Positions 1 through 10,811 of a DNA stretch of 64,000 bases are shown one piece after another. Numbering within the stretch: position 1 is the stretch's first letter; every line of letters starts with the position of its first letter. Under the pieces are notes generated by a model, which saw nothing but the letters and a program-made list of their open reading frames with translations, was not told where the DNA came from and made no database searches. Source of the DNA: Promethearchaeota archaeon (GTDB taxonomy: Archaea > Asgardarchaeota > Lokiarchaeia > Sigyniarchaeales > SOKP01); contig JAGXNO010000010.1 of the NCBI GenBank assembly GCA_019894975.1, positions 1 through 64,000 on the forward strand, in the 5' to 3' direction. The position numbers and the translations under genes were made by a program.

Positions 1-2
1 AA

Positions 3-203
3 GAAATTGGGCCAGTTTTTCAACCAGATGTCATTCAGTTTGCTGATGCGTTACCTAAAACCAGAAGTGGAAAGATAATGCGTCGAATTCTAAAAGCAAT
101 TGCAGCCTTATCAGATGTAGGAAATGTCACTACTTTAGCAGATCCTTCAGTAGTAGATACTTTACTCGAAGATAGAAAAAAGATGGATGTTGAAATAGGT
201 TAA
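3..203 (+). CDS. acs: Acetyl-CoA synthetase, C-terminal end (partial, runs off window start)
   Basis: Frame 3 reads [34 protein letters not shown]...[12 protein letters not shown]; [12 protein letters not shown] is the ACS A10 motif; stop TAA at 201-203. Confidence 0.9.
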   Translation, partial: EIGPVFQPDVIQFADALPKTRSGKIMRRILKAIAALSDVGNVTTLADPSVVDTLLEDRKKMDVEIG

Positions 204-210
204 AACCTTA

Positions 211-229
211 TTTTTTTTTTTTTTTTTTT
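211..229 (+). terminator. Oligo-T tract, probable archaeal terminator of acs
   Basis: About 19 consecutive T beginning 7 nt after the stop codon. Confidence 0.6.
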
Positions 230-360
230 AGGATTTGAAAGATCTGAATGATTTTCTGATATTTGTCAGAAGAAAAATCAACTATTCTACTTTAAATTGA
301 AGTTGATTAGCAAAAATAGAGGAAAACGCTTAAATATCTGAAGATACCATATTTATAAAT

Positions 361-1740
361 ATGAAATTAAATACAAAACAATCTCTAATAATTTTCCTTT
401 CAATAGTTATACCTATTTCTTTGTTACTAACTTTTACAACAACCTGTAAAGCAGCAACAAATTCAGGTCTAATCTTTGCCTATAAAGAAACTGAAGGAAG
501 AACCTGGGGTGCTTGGGTTATGGATGATATTAATGGTGATGGCTGGCGGGAAATAGGTATATGTGGCGCTATTTATACGAAAGCCCTTGACGTAAATCCT
601 ACTCACGGTGGTCCGAAAGAGATTTGGGATCAGTGGGGATTACATCATGAAGTACTTTGGGGTTGTGATTCTGGGTTAGATGCAAATGGGGATGGTATTA
701 CGGAACAGTTAGTATTTGAAGCCGTTTGGAATAATCATTATCTACTTAATGGGGAGAATGGGGTTGCTTTAGATAGCCCCGATGAAGAAAATAGAAGAAA
801 TGGTTTTTATTGGCCTGTTATCGATTGTGGTTTCGGTTTAGACCACGATGTAAATGGTAATGGTGTTAATGATTATGTCATTACAGGTATAGATTATACC
901 CCAAGAGCTATTGTTCAGTGTATTGAAAGTATAAATGCCTCGTTGATTTGGGAATTTGAACTTTTGCAAGTTTCTAACGGGCTACGATCGATTAACATAA
1001 ATTCAACACAGCATATATTAATAATTTCAGGTTTTTTACAAGTATTAACAAATAAAGGGATTGAAATATGGAACAGATCTGGGGTTGGGTGGGGGCTCGA
1101 TATCATTCCAAACGGAGCCGGTTTTGGCTCAGATGCGATTATAACTACTACAGGCGCCGGGGTTACCTTGATAAATGCATCTGATAACACTATCATCTGG
1201 TCGAACATAATAAATTTGCACTCATTGCATTATGTGGGCGATATAAATAATGATGGATGGGGAGATTTTGGTGGTTTATACTATTCAGGAGATAAAGTTG
1301 GCGTTTGTTCAGGATTGGATGGGACATTAATCCGCAATCATACTGCTCAAAACCTTTTAAATTACATGCATGGAGTAATATTCTGCGGTGATGTGAATGC
1401 TGATGGATATGATGATTATGGAATTTTTGGGGATTTCTACCCCCATGAAGTATTTTCAGGAAATAATGGTTCTCAATTAATTTCGATCAGTGGACCACAT
1501 TTCCATGGCGCTGAAGAGATGTATATTGTTCCCGATATTAATGGTAACGGTACTCCTGATATAATGCTATTTGACGGGGGAATTGCTGCTGTTGAAGGAA
1601 GTTTCCAGGGGATGGTCAATTTAGATTTTGAAGAAGGAGGAGGAATTGAAATAGATGGACTTTCTGTTTCAATCATTATTTTTGTAGCAGTGGTGAGTAC
1701 AATCATAATTTCAAATAAAATCATTAAAACAAGGAGATAA
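361..1740 (+). CDS. Secreted/membrane-anchored FG-GAP (integrin-alpha-like beta-propeller) repeat protein
   Basis: N-terminal signal peptide, six DxNxD/NGxxD/E Ca-binding loops (DINGDGWRE, DANGDGITE, DVNGNGVND, DINNDGWGD, DVNADGYDD, DINGNGTPD), C-terminal TM helix and basic tail. Confidence 0.75.
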   Translation: MKLNTKQSLIIFLSIVIPISLLLTFTTTCKAATNSGLIFAYKETEGRTWGAWVMDDINGDGWREIGICGAIYTKALDVNPTHGGPKEIWDQWGLHHEVLWGCDSGLDANGDGITEQLVFEAVWNNHYLLNGENGVALDSPDEENRRNGFYWPVIDCGFGLDHDVNGNGVNDYVITGIDYTPRAIVQCIESINASLIWEFELLQVSNGLRSININSTQHILIISGFLQVLTNKGIEIWNRSGVGWGLDIIPNGAGFGSDAIITTTGAGVTLINASDNTIIWSNIINLHSLHYVGDINNDGWGDFGGLYYSGDKVGVCSGLDGTLIRNHTAQNLLNYMHGVIFCGDVNADGYDDYGIFGDFYPHEVFSGNNGSQLISISGPHFHGAEEMYIVPDINGNGTPDIMLFDGGIAAVEGSFQGMVNLDFEEGGGIEIDGLSVSIIIFVAVVSTIIISNKIIKTRR

Positions 1741-1769
1741 GAAGAAGGGATTTTATTACTTTTCAATTA

Positions 1770-2654
1770 CTACATTTTTAAAATCATTTCATATTGAGTC
1801 GTAAAAGATTTAAATCCAATTTTGGAAAACAGGTTCAATAACGCAGTATCCCTTTTATCAATATTAATAATGTTTAATTTCTCTATTTCTGGGACTTTTT
1901 CTATCAAATTTTTTATAAATTCAGTGCCAATATTCTGATTTCGATGATTTAGCTCCACTGCTATTTGAGTTATTCCCCCACTTGGTTCATAAACCATATA
2001 TCCAACCAATTTATCTTTTAAGAATGCACCGAGGTAATGAAAACTATTAGGAACTCTTTGAATTGATAAATCAGAATTCTGCCATGATGGTGAGTAATCC
2101 CAATATTTTTTTACCTTATTCCAGTTTAAATTAGTTATATCTCGAATATTATATCCCTTTGTCAAGTTACTTTCTTCCTTATCTTGAAATTTAGACTTAA
2201 CTTCTTTCACATCTGCTAGTAAACAATCAAATGCTCTTGTTATTTGAAAATCTCTTTTCTTATATAGGTTATAGGCCGCAATATTAGTTTGAATAACTTC
2301 AAGTAAGTACTGCTCTATATTTTCTGCTTTTAGTAAGGGTAAAAGATGAGTAAAAATTTGATTACCAAGACCTTTTTGCCGATAATTTGGAATAACCCCC
2401 GTACCACAATCGTAAGCTGTTAACTTTCCTTCCCAATTATCAACTGCATTTAATATAAATCCAACTAGATTTTCCCCATCGACTGCACCAAGAGATAAAT
2501 CGTACCTTACTCCTCTTCTAAGGTTAAGATATTTGAAAGAATCTATAGGAATTTCCATTGGTACTTCATAATCAGAAAATGCTTCATTATGGACATCTAA
2601 GATCTCTGATTCAGAAAATCTACTCAATTCGATAAACTTCATAATGGTTAACAC
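1770..2654 (-). CDS. Tandem GNAT N-acetyltransferase
   Basis: Two GNAT motif-A regions (GVIPNYRQKGLG; AVELNHRNQNIG). Confidence 0.85.
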   Translation of the reverse strand: MLTIMKFIELSRFSESEILDVHNEAFSDYEVPMEIPIDSFKYLNLRRGVRYDLSLGAVDGENLVGFILNAVDNWEGKLTAYDCGTGVIPNYRQKGLGNQIFTHLLPLLKAENIEQYLLEVIQTNIAAYNLYKKRDFQITRAFDCLLADVKEVKSKFQDKEESNLTKGYNIRDITNLNWNKVKKYWDYSPSWQNSDLSIQRVPNSFHYLGAFLKDKLVGYMVYEPSGGITQIAVELNHRNQNIGTEFIKNLIEKVPEIEKLNIINIDKRDTALLNLFSKIGFKSFTTQYEMILKM

Positions 2655-2675
2655 ATGAATTTTAAATTTGAATAA

Positions 2676-3128
2676 TTAGGAGATTAATAGTTTTTTTATA
2701 TGATTTTTCAAATCTAATTCTAATTTGGGGTTAGTAGGGTATCCTACTTTTATATTTCTAGATATTTCTTTGTTTAAAAATACTTCAAGTTCATTAATAT
2801 CTACTAATTTCTTCTCAAGTTTTTGAATTTCATCGCTACTTTTGATAACTTGAGACAAATACACATATTTTATAATGTTTGTAGCCTCCTCACGATTACT
2901 TGAGCCGATTACGAGGGTATTAGTATTCTCAAACAATACGCCTATATAGCTAAAAATATTGTTATTACCCCATTTCTCAATTTTATCTTTCAGAAAATCA
3001 AGAACACCAAGTATATCTAAAGGATCTTTATCCTTCTCAAGTTTAAAAAAGATTCCCGATTTTTCCTCATCTTCACATTTATCTATTAAATTTTTTATAT
3101 ATTCAAAAATTTGAGTTTCTGTTGACAT
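2676..3128 (-). CDS. Hypothetical protein
   Basis: 150-aa ORF, ATG start, co-oriented with the GNAT gene; no motif recognised. Confidence 0.6.
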   Translation of the reverse strand: MSTETQIFEYIKNLIDKCEDEEKSGIFFKLEKDKDPLDILGVLDFLKDKIEKWGNNNIFSYIGVLFENTNTLVIGSSNREEATNIIKYVYLSQVIKSSDEIQKLEKKLVDINELEVFLNKEISRNIKVGYPTNPKLELDLKNHIKKLLIS

Positions 3129-3283
3129 GGAATTGGTGTAAGGTTGTTAATTCATTATAATCTGGAATATAATTTAGGTTTTGTAATTTTTGAGATCAAT
3201 AAAAATAAATAAATCTATTTTTTTGTATATTTTTAAGGTGTTTCAGATTTTCATTCATTTGAATTAAAATCGTAAAAGTTTAG

Positions 3284-4963
3284 GTGAGAGTATTGAATCC
3301 TAATACTAAGCAAATTCTTAAAGAAATAGAATCAATGAATCCAGAAGAAGCAGTTAATTCACTCATGTCGATTTTAAGATCAGCAGAGTCCTGGGAAAGT
3401 AAAGTTAAAGTAGTGGAATTGTTATTAAAATTTCAGGATAATCATAAACTGTCTCTTCAGGAGTTTAAAACGGTATTTTTAGAAGATAGACACCCTCAAT
3501 TACGTTTAGCATTAATTGATTTAATAGCTAAATTTTATGTCAAGGATGGAATTTATTTTTTAAAAGACCAGTATAAGAACTGTAGTGATGGAACGGTTAG
3601 AAGAAATTTGATTGAAGTGGTTGGAAAGATAGATTTGAATGATTCAATCCCCTTCTTTATTGAAGCCCTAAGCGATACTAATATCGAATCTAAAAAATTA
3701 GCAGTTAACTTCTTAGGAAAAACAGGGAAAAAGGAAGCAATTGTACCCTTAATAGAGTTATTGCATTTTAGAAACGCAGAATTATATGATCTCTTGATAG
3801 ATGCTATTGTAAGATTAGGAAAAAAGGGAAATTTAGATACTATTTATGAGTATTCTAATACCGAAGACCCAAATATCAAAAGAGAAATACCTGTTGTGTT
3901 AGGAAAAATAGGGGACAAGCAAAGTGAGGATCTTCTAATTTTAAATTTAAAGGATACGAATCCCTCAGTAAGAAAGAATTCAGTCAAAGCCTTGGAAAAA
4001 ATCATAGAATTGAAGAATATTAAACATATTCTGGATCTTCTTGACGATCCCGAAAAAGACGTAAGAAAGGAGGTTATACGTGTTTTAGGAAATGTGGGGA
4101 GTAAACGAGCAGTAAAACCACTATTAGACATTTTAAAAGAAAAAGATATTAGATTCAGAAATCTTACTCGAAATGCTTTATATAAAATTTTATCAAAATC
4201 AAAAACTTATGACCTCCTTTACGAAGTTCTCAAGGGGAGAAATCTTTATGCCAGAAAAGAGGTTATAAAATTAGTGGGGATGCTAAAAGATTATGAAGCG
4301 ATTGATCTTCTTATTAAAACTTTTAATAGTAAAGTAGCTAGCATAAGAAGTTCTGCTTATAAAGCTATTCTTGAGATTTTAGATAGAAAACCTGACGATT
4401 TAATTATTTCAGGTTTAGAACATAATTCTTGGCAAGTTCGTATGTATTGTGTTAGAATTTTAGGGGAAATCGGAGATTCAAATACAATAGATGCAATTTT
4501 TAATTTACTTGAGGATGACAACGGAAGTGTTAGAAAAGCAGCTATTAGTAGTTTAGTCAATTTTGAGTCTGATAAGCTAATTAACGTAGCTAATCAAGCA
4601 ATTAAAAGTACAAATTGGAAGCATAGAAGAACGGGAGTAAAACTAATCATAAATATAGGTGGTAATGATTCAGTGAAATCTCTTATTTCCTGTCTTAACG
4701 ACGATGATATATATATTAAAAGTTGGGCTGCTATGGCTCTTGGAAAACTTAAAAATATTGAATCAATTGATCCCTTTATATCATTATTAAAAGAGACTGA
4801 TGATAAAATTCGGCTTTCAGCAGTCAAAGCATTAGGTGAAATAGGCAATAAAGAAGCAATAAATCCTCTTATCGAAATATTAGGAGATGATAATTGGGAT
4901 GTTAGGAAAGAAATTGAAATTGCCCTAAACAAAATTAATCCTGATTGGATGAAGAGTTTATAG
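3284..4963 (+). CDS. HEAT-repeat (PBS-lyase-like) protein
   Basis: About 31-aa repeats such as LKDTNPSVRKNSVKALEKI, LDDPEKDVRKEVIRVLGNVG, LGDDNWDVRKEIEIALNKI. Confidence 0.9.
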   Translation: MRVLNPNTKQILKEIESMNPEEAVNSLMSILRSAESWESKVKVVELLLKFQDNHKLSLQEFKTVFLEDRHPQLRLALIDLIAKFYVKDGIYFLKDQYKNCSDGTVRRNLIEVVGKIDLNDSIPFFIEALSDTNIESKKLAVNFLGKTGKKEAIVPLIELLHFRNAELYDLLIDAIVRLGKKGNLDTIYEYSNTEDPNIKREIPVVLGKIGDKQSEDLLILNLKDTNPSVRKNSVKALEKIIELKNIKHILDLLDDPEKDVRKEVIRVLGNVGSKRAVKPLLDILKEKDIRFRNLTRNALYKILSKSKTYDLLYEVLKGRNLYARKEVIKLVGMLKDYEAIDLLIKTFNSKVASIRSSAYKAILEILDRKPDDLIISGLEHNSWQVRMYCVRILGEIGDSNTIDAIFNLLEDDNGSVRKAAISSLVNFESDKLINVANQAIKSTNWKHRRTGVKLIINIGGNDSVKSLISCLNDDDIYIKSWAAMALGKLKNIESIDPFISLLKETDDKIRLSAVKALGEIGNKEAINPLIEILGDDNWDVRKEIEIALNKINPDWMKSL

Positions 4964-4974
4964 TCTAAAGCCCC

Positions 4975-5364
4975 TTAGAGAAGTGTTGATTTTATTTTCT
5001 GAATATATTCTTCTAAATTTTCTACAATAAGCCTAGAATTTGATTGCGCATTCAATATACATATCAAGAATGAATTTTTATTTACTTTAACAATAAATAT
5101 CGTTTCTTCATTTAATTCGGCAATAATTTTATTAACCTGCTGGTTTCCCATTGTTTCACTAAGTTCAGTAGCCCCCACTAACACAGAAGCACACATCGAT
5201 ACAAGTTCTTTACTATCAATGAAATTTTCAACATTTTCATCGATAAGTTCTCCGTCGCGTTTTGCTAAGAATACTCCTGTAAAATTACCTTGACTCCTTA
5301 AATCACTTAAAATATGAGCTAATTCCATTTTTTCTTCGGAATCTCCTTTTTTCAACTCTTTCAT
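4975..5364 (-). CDS. Roadblock/LC7 domain protein
   Basis: 129 aa; GVFLAKRDGELI...ELVSMCASVLVGATELSETMG pattern. Confidence 0.75.
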   Translation of the reverse strand: MKELKKGDSEEKMELAHILSDLRSQGNFTGVFLAKRDGELIDENVENFIDSKELVSMCASVLVGATELSETMGNQQVNKIIAELNEETIFIVKVNKNSFLICILNAQSNSRLIVENLEEYIQKIKSTLL

Positions 5365-5430
5365 TATTCTATTTGCTAAAATTTAGGATAATTAAATTAA
5401 TTAATTACCTAATTTAACTATTGAATATAT

Positions 5431-6837
5431 ATGGAATCAATAAACAAAGTTGAAAGCAACTTAATTAGGAGTATTCATCCGTTTATTGAAAAAGAACTAA
5501 GACCTTTCTTAAAAATTCCTAGCTATACTCGAAATAAACAAGGTATTAAAGAAGCTAAAGAATTCATCATATCATATATCAACGATTTTGCAGATGAAAT
5601 TTCAGAATATCAAGGAATAACTAATCCTTTAATTCTCGCTAACGTTGAAGGTAAAGCAAAAGATAAACTGTTAATATATATGATGTATGATACCCAACCA
5701 ATCAATAATGAAATTGAATGGATATCTAATCCATTTGGAGCAGAAATCCATACACTTGAATCACCTCTAGACATGTTAGGGGAGTGTATAATCGCAAGAG
5801 GGGCATATAATTCAAAGACACCCCTAATTAGTTTTTTAAATGTAGTAAGAGAATTTAAAAGAAGTAACGAGTTACCTATATCTTTACTGTTATTATTTGA
5901 TGGTGAGGAGGAAATTGGCTCACCTACTTTATTTAAATTCATCGAGGAGAAAAAAGAACTATTTAAAGACAGTACTGATGCATATTATCCTTCAACAAAA
6001 CAAGATTTAACCGGAAAATCAATTATTAAACTAGGATATAAGGGAATATTATCATTAACTATAACTGTTTCAACAAAAAATAAAGAACCACATTCTGCGT
6101 ATAGTGCGATGATACCAAATCCTGCTACAGATTTAATTTCTCTACTGGGTTCAATATATTCTAATGGTGAATTTCAAATTGAAACATTAAAGAAACCTTA
6201 TGAGATGACTAAAGAAGAAATATTGGTTCTTAATGAACTGATAAAGAAATTAGATCTTCAAAATATAAAAAAAAAAGTAGGAATTCAACAAACTCGTGAG
6301 AATGATCCAAAATCAGACTTCATTAACTACTTGTTTAATCCTACATTCAATATTTCTACTTTAAAATCTGGATTTTTAGAAGAAGGATCGAAAAATTATG
6401 TACCCAATAAAGCAATATGTAATCTAGATATTAGATTTGCCCACACTGCTTCTGCAAACAAGGTCTTCGAGGAAATTAAAGAAAAGATTGATGAATTCAC
6501 CAAATCATCTAATTCTAATATTGAATTAGTTAAACATATAGGGTATGAGAGTTCAAGAGTCTCAAAAGACTCCATTTTAGTAGAAAGTCTTATTAAAAGT
6601 GCTAATAAGTTAGAAGTTGAAACGGAAATATGGCCAATAAGTGCGGCTGCTGCTCCTCTCAGTAAAATTCAAGAAGGTTTAGGATTAAATTTCATTACGG
6701 GAGGATTAGGGATAGGAGGTTCAGCTCATTCTGCAAATGAATTTATACAATGTAGTTCCATTATCAATTCAAGGTTATCTTATTTTTATTTTTTACAAAA
6801 CTATTCCCAGTTAAACAAAGAAAGGGCTAAGGATTAA
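5431..6837 (+). CDS. M20/M25/M40 family metallohydrolase
   Basis: YDTQP...W.SNPF, ARGA, DGEEEIGS, C-terminal AHSANE. Confidence 0.85.
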   Translation: MESINKVESNLIRSIHPFIEKELRPFLKIPSYTRNKQGIKEAKEFIISYINDFADEISEYQGITNPLILANVEGKAKDKLLIYMMYDTQPINNEIEWISNPFGAEIHTLESPLDMLGECIIARGAYNSKTPLISFLNVVREFKRSNELPISLLLLFDGEEEIGSPTLFKFIEEKKELFKDSTDAYYPSTKQDLTGKSIIKLGYKGILSLTITVSTKNKEPHSAYSAMIPNPATDLISLLGSIYSNGEFQIETLKKPYEMTKEEILVLNELIKKLDLQNIKKKVGIQQTRENDPKSDFINYLFNPTFNISTLKSGFLEEGSKNYVPNKAICNLDIRFAHTASANKVFEEIKEKIDEFTKSSNSNIELVKHIGYESSRVSKDSILVESLIKSANKLEVETEIWPISAAAAPLSKIQEGLGLNFITGGLGIGGSAHSANEFIQCSSIINSRLSYFYFLQNYSQLNKERAKD

Positions 6838-7988
6838 TCAAATAATCCTGCTATACCTCTAGACTTCGGTTTAATCGCATTTTCCGAGCACAGTTCAGCA
6901 CAACAAAAGCAAGAAATACATTTTTTTCTCAAGAATATTGGATAACTATTTGGTTCAAACTCGATTGCTTCAGAAGCACAATTTTGAGCGCATTCACCAC
7001 ATTGTATGCATCTAGACTTTATTAATTCAGGAATTTTCTTAATAATTTTATATCCTATATGCCCTGACATATAAGCAATAAAACTTGTAAAACGATTTCC
7101 TGGAACCTTAAATTTAGGTGTTTGTTTTTTAGCTTCCTCAAGAGACATTCCTACAATTTCAATATCTTCTAAATTTCCAACCCCAAAATTGCGCTCTATA
7201 GCATTTCGAACATGAGGAACATTTTTAACTTTTAATTTTCCAATCTCACAAGCTATTAAATCTAATGCAACCTCATCAGTTCCAGCAAGAATTAGGTCCC
7301 ATTTTTTCATAGATCCTCCACCTGGTCCCATTCTGCCTTGCATAATTTCTTGAAGATCATAGACTATCAACCTATTTGGTTTATTTTTTACTATCCATGA
7401 AAAGTTATCAGCCAGAACTTCCCCAAATTGTTCAGTTGATTTCCCATATAAATGATAATGAGCCTTTAAACCTCCAGGAATTATTCCCCAATAGTTCTTT
7501 ATGGCACCAGTCATCGTTGCTTCAAGGTGCGATTTCAATCTTGGAAGATTTATCAAAATTTCACAATCTTTAACCGGTTTTGCAATGTGAATTTCTTTTA
7601 GTCTCAGAGCATCATCAATGGTTTCAATTAAGGGTGTCCCACTTTCAAAATCCACAAAATGTATACCATATGATTCACAAATTTCATAGATTCCAATTTC
7701 TTTAGCTACATCAGAACCAACCTTTTGAGACTGCCCTGGAGAGTCTCCTAAGTAAACGTTATTCATATTAACTCCAATATTTTTAAGATAAGATAATACT
7801 CCCTCAACAAATTCAGGTTGAGTGCAAGCATCTCTTTTGGTTGTTAATAAGTTTGGTTTTAAAAGAATGTTTTTTGATTCTGTAAAACTAAATTGAAAAC
7901 TTTTATCGATTAATTTGATAGCTCCTACTGAAGCTTCTGGAATACCATTATAATCATTTACGTTTATAATACTGATCTTGGTTGTCAT
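6834..7988 (-). CDS. DUF362 domain protein with C-terminal 2x[4Fe-4S] ferredoxin
   Basis: ILLKPNL, GDSPG, INLPRLKSH..MTGAIKNYWG; CIQCGECAQNC and CISCFCCAELC. Confidence 0.88.
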   Translation of the reverse strand: MTTKISIINVNDYNGIPEASVGAIKLIDKSFQFSFTESKNILLKPNLLTTKRDACTQPEFVEGVLSYLKNIGVNMNNVYLGDSPGQSQKVGSDVAKEIGIYEICESYGIHFVDFESGTPLIETIDDALRLKEIHIAKPVKDCEILINLPRLKSHLEATMTGAIKNYWGIIPGGLKAHYHLYGKSTEQFGEVLADNFSWIVKNKPNRLIVYDLQEIMQGRMGPGGGSMKKWDLILAGTDEVALDLIACEIGKLKVKNVPHVRNAIERNFGVGNLEDIEIVGMSLEEAKKQTPKFKVPGNRFTSFIAYMSGHIGYKIIKKIPELIKSRCIQCGECAQNCASEAIEFEPNSYPIFLRKKCISCFCCAELCSENAIKPKSRGIAGLFD

Positions 7989-8210
7989 TTTTAATCAAAT
8001 TTGAGAATTTACCAAGAAATAAATAGATAATCCAATATCATCATAATTTTGCCAGACAATACGAAAATAATTTAACATTTGTGTTTCTTTTTATCAAAAA
8101 CAATGATTTTTAAAAATTAAATCTATTATATTATAAAAAAATACTTAGTATCATATTTAACTGCAATATCTTTTTTTTAACAGATATTAGGAAATTAACG
8201 AGGAACTAAC

Positions 8211-8750
8211 TTGCAAGACGCTATGTTTAAGGTTTGTCTGTTTGGAGACGGTGGGGTTGGAAAAACCACTTTAATAAGTCGTTATCTTACGGATGTATTT
8301 AAAGGGGGTTCAGAAATTACTATCGGTGTGGATTTCCACATTAAAAAGATGGAAATTCAAGAAAAGCGAATTAGTTTACAAATTTGGGATTTTGCTGGTG
8401 AAGAACGATTTAGATTCCTATTACCCAGTTATGTATTAGGTGCTTCTGGGGGGATCTTTATGTTTGATATAACGAGGTACTCAAGCCTTCGAAATTTTCA
8501 AGACTGGTTGAATATCGTGAGACAAGGATATAAGGGGCCACTTGAACAAATACCTATTCTTATGGTTGGGAGTAAATTAGATCTCGAATACAAAAGAGCC
8601 GTTTCAAGAGATGAAGCATTTGAATTGGCTAAAAAAAATAATTTGTTTGGGTATATAGAGTGTTCCTCTAAAGATGGCCAAAATGTACAAGAGGTATTTC
8701 TCGAAATAGCGCGTATAATGATGAAAAAAGCTAAAATTATTACAACTTAA
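8211..8750 (+). CDS. Rab-like small GTPase (Ras superfamily)
   Basis: G1 GDGGVGKT, TIGVDF, G3 WDFAGEERF, G4 GSKLD, G5 ECSSK; no C-terminal Cys prenylation motif. Confidence 0.93.
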   Translation: MQDAMFKVCLFGDGGVGKTTLISRYLTDVFKGGSEITIGVDFHIKKMEIQEKRISLQIWDFAGEERFRFLLPSYVLGASGGIFMFDITRYSSLRNFQDWLNIVRQGYKGPLEQIPILMVGSKLDLEYKRAVSRDEAFELAKKNNLFGYIECSSKDGQNVQEVFLEIARIMMKKAKIITT

Positions 8751-8775
8751 ACCATTCAGAAGTATGAAATACCCT

Positions 8776-9630
8776 CTAACCTTGAAAATTTTTAAAAATT
8801 TCCGTTAAATTATTAATAATTAAATCGGGAAGTAAATTTGTATTGGGACTTTTTGAATTATTTACTTCATTTTTTAAACTTTCAATCATTTCCCTTGTGG
8901 TAACTCCAGTTAAAACCGCTAGAGTGGTAATATTAGCACGGTTTCCCGCTAATATGTCTGTATTTAATCTATCTCCAAAAATACATACCTTTTCTGGAGG
9001 GGTATTTGTATCTCTTAAGATTAATTCAATACCAAAAGGTTCAGGCTTACCAAAGATTCTGATTGGTTCATTATCAATACATATAGCTAAGGCATTTACC
9101 ATTGATCCTGCTCCGGGTTTGAGGCCATTAGCAACGGGTAAAGTAGCATCTGCATTGGTGGCATAAAATTTAGCCTTTCCCTCCAATATACATCTTTGAG
9201 CAATTGCTAATTTATTATAATTAAATTCTCTATCAAGACCAACGACTACAAAATCAATAGTAGTGTAATTAGCAGGATGTGATATAATTTTATGCCCTAA
9301 AGCAGTTAGCTCTTGCTTTAATCCAGTTTCTCCAATAACATAAATATTAGCTTCTTTTTTAATCCGCGTAATTTCTGAAGAGGCTATTGAAGCGCTAGTA
9401 TAAAAATCGGTAATTTTACTTTTAATATTAAAATCTTTCAATCTCTCAACATAAGTTTCCCTTGTTGCTGTCGAATTGTTAGAATTAAATACTACTTTAA
9501 TAGACAATTTTTTAAGCTCATTTATAACCTTATCTGCATTAGGGACTAGAGAATTGCCGCGATAAACGACTCCATCAAGATCAAATATAGCAAGTTGAAT
9601 GTTTTTCAACTCATCTATTAACTCAGCCAT
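8776..9630 (-). CDS. HAD-IIA (NagD-like) hydrolase
   Basis: FDLDGVVY, SNNS, ATNAD, GKPEP, GDRLNTDI motifs. Confidence 0.92.
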   Translation of the reverse strand: MAELIDELKNIQLAIFDLDGVVYRGNSLVPNADKVINELKKLSIKVVFNSNNSTATRETYVERLKDFNIKSKITDFYTSASIASSEITRIKKEANIYVIGETGLKQELTALGHKIISHPANYTTIDFVVVGLDREFNYNKLAIAQRCILEGKAKFYATNADATLPVANGLKPGAGSMVNALAICIDNEPIRIFGKPEPFGIELILRDTNTPPEKVCIFGDRLNTDILAGNRANITTLAVLTGVTTREMIESLKNEVNNSKSPNTNLLPDLIINNLTEIFKNFQG

Positions 9631-9662
9631 AATTCATATCTGTTATCAAATTTATTTTAGTA

Positions 9663-10811
9663 TTAAACCCAGCCAACTGGTAGTCCTAATAAAACTATAA
9701 AGATCTGAATTCCTATCGGTATGCATATAGGATTTAATATATTGTCAGCAGTGTATACCGGAAAATAATCGGTAATGAAGAATATAACTGCGCCAATAAT
9801 TGCATAAATCGGACCTACAATAATCAATCCAATAATATAAGCTACTAGCATTCCAGCTAAAAAACCTTCAAGAGATTTCGTGTCCTTGCTCTTAACTTTG
9901 ACTTTATGTTTTCCATACCTTCTTCCAATCAAAGCTGCTGCTGCATCTGATAAGCATGCAATAAGAATTCCAGTAAATACAGCTAAAATATGTAGTCCTG
10001 CCATATATAACATGTAAGCGAAAACAAATCCTGTAATAATATAGATTTGTGGTCCTGCAGCATTTTTTTCTTTCTTTCTTAGCATCGATTTAGTTAAAAA
10101 GTTGAAAACAGAGTATTCTGGTCCCCATATTATACGGATTAGGTCAGAAATTAATGCAAACATTAACGCACCGATTAGTGCCATCATTGTTAGTCCAATT
10201 ACGGCTTGGAAATCAGCTGTAGAATAAGGATAAAGAGATAAATCACCCCATAGAAGTTCATATGCAGGTTTTATATCATTGATTAGCTCAATAACACTAT
10301 CATTTACTATCCGTGTGACCGGGTAAAGGAGAGAGAAAAATCCAAAATAGGCCAGTACTATTAACAAGCCGGTTAAATGAAAACTCTTTCTTATCAATTC
10401 CATTTTAAAGGTGATTTCTTCACTCTCATATGGATTTTCTTTGGTCATTCTATCTACATACCTTCTTATGATAGGTTTTTTGCCACCCTCTAAGGTCTTA
10501 TCATGATTTTCTATTTGAATTTTCCTTTTTTCTCTTTTTATTATCATAGAAAAAATCAGATTAGTCAGCAATATAATACCGATCCACCATACCATGAACC
10601 CATTATACGGGTAAAGAAAAAATCTTAAAATAGAATTAACATATCCAAAAATCATAAAACAGATACCACAAATTATAGAAGAAACTCCCCCATATCTATT
10701 ACCTGCCTTATAACCCTTTCTTCCTATGTTAAATAGTAGAAACATAAAAATAAAGAATGATAGTGATAGAGTTACATTATAAATCGCATCTACTGCTGTC
10801 CAATAGTCCAT
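9663..10811 (-). CDS. CTP-dependent polyprenol/diacylglycerol kinase family membrane protein
   Basis: ELIRKSFHLTG, SDAAAALIGRRYG, KSLEG, DNI motifs; multiple TM helices. Confidence 0.8.
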   Translation of the reverse strand: MDYWTAVDAIYNVTLSLSFFIFMFLLFNIGRKGYKAGNRYGGVSSIICGICFMIFGYVNSILRFFLYPYNGFMVWWIGIILLTNLIFSMIIKREKRKIQIENHDKTLEGGKKPIIRRYVDRMTKENPYESEEITFKMELIRKSFHLTGLLIVLAYFGFFSLLYPVTRIVNDSVIELINDIKPAYELLWGDLSLYPYSTADFQAVIGLTMMALIGALMFALISDLIRIIWGPEYSVFNFLTKSMLRKKEKNAAGPQIYIITGFVFAYMLYMAGLHILAVFTGILIACLSDAAAALIGRRYGKHKVKVKSKDTKSLEGFLAGMLVAYIIGLIIVGPIYAIIGAVIFFITDYFPVYTADNILNPICIPIGIQIFIVLLGLPVGWV

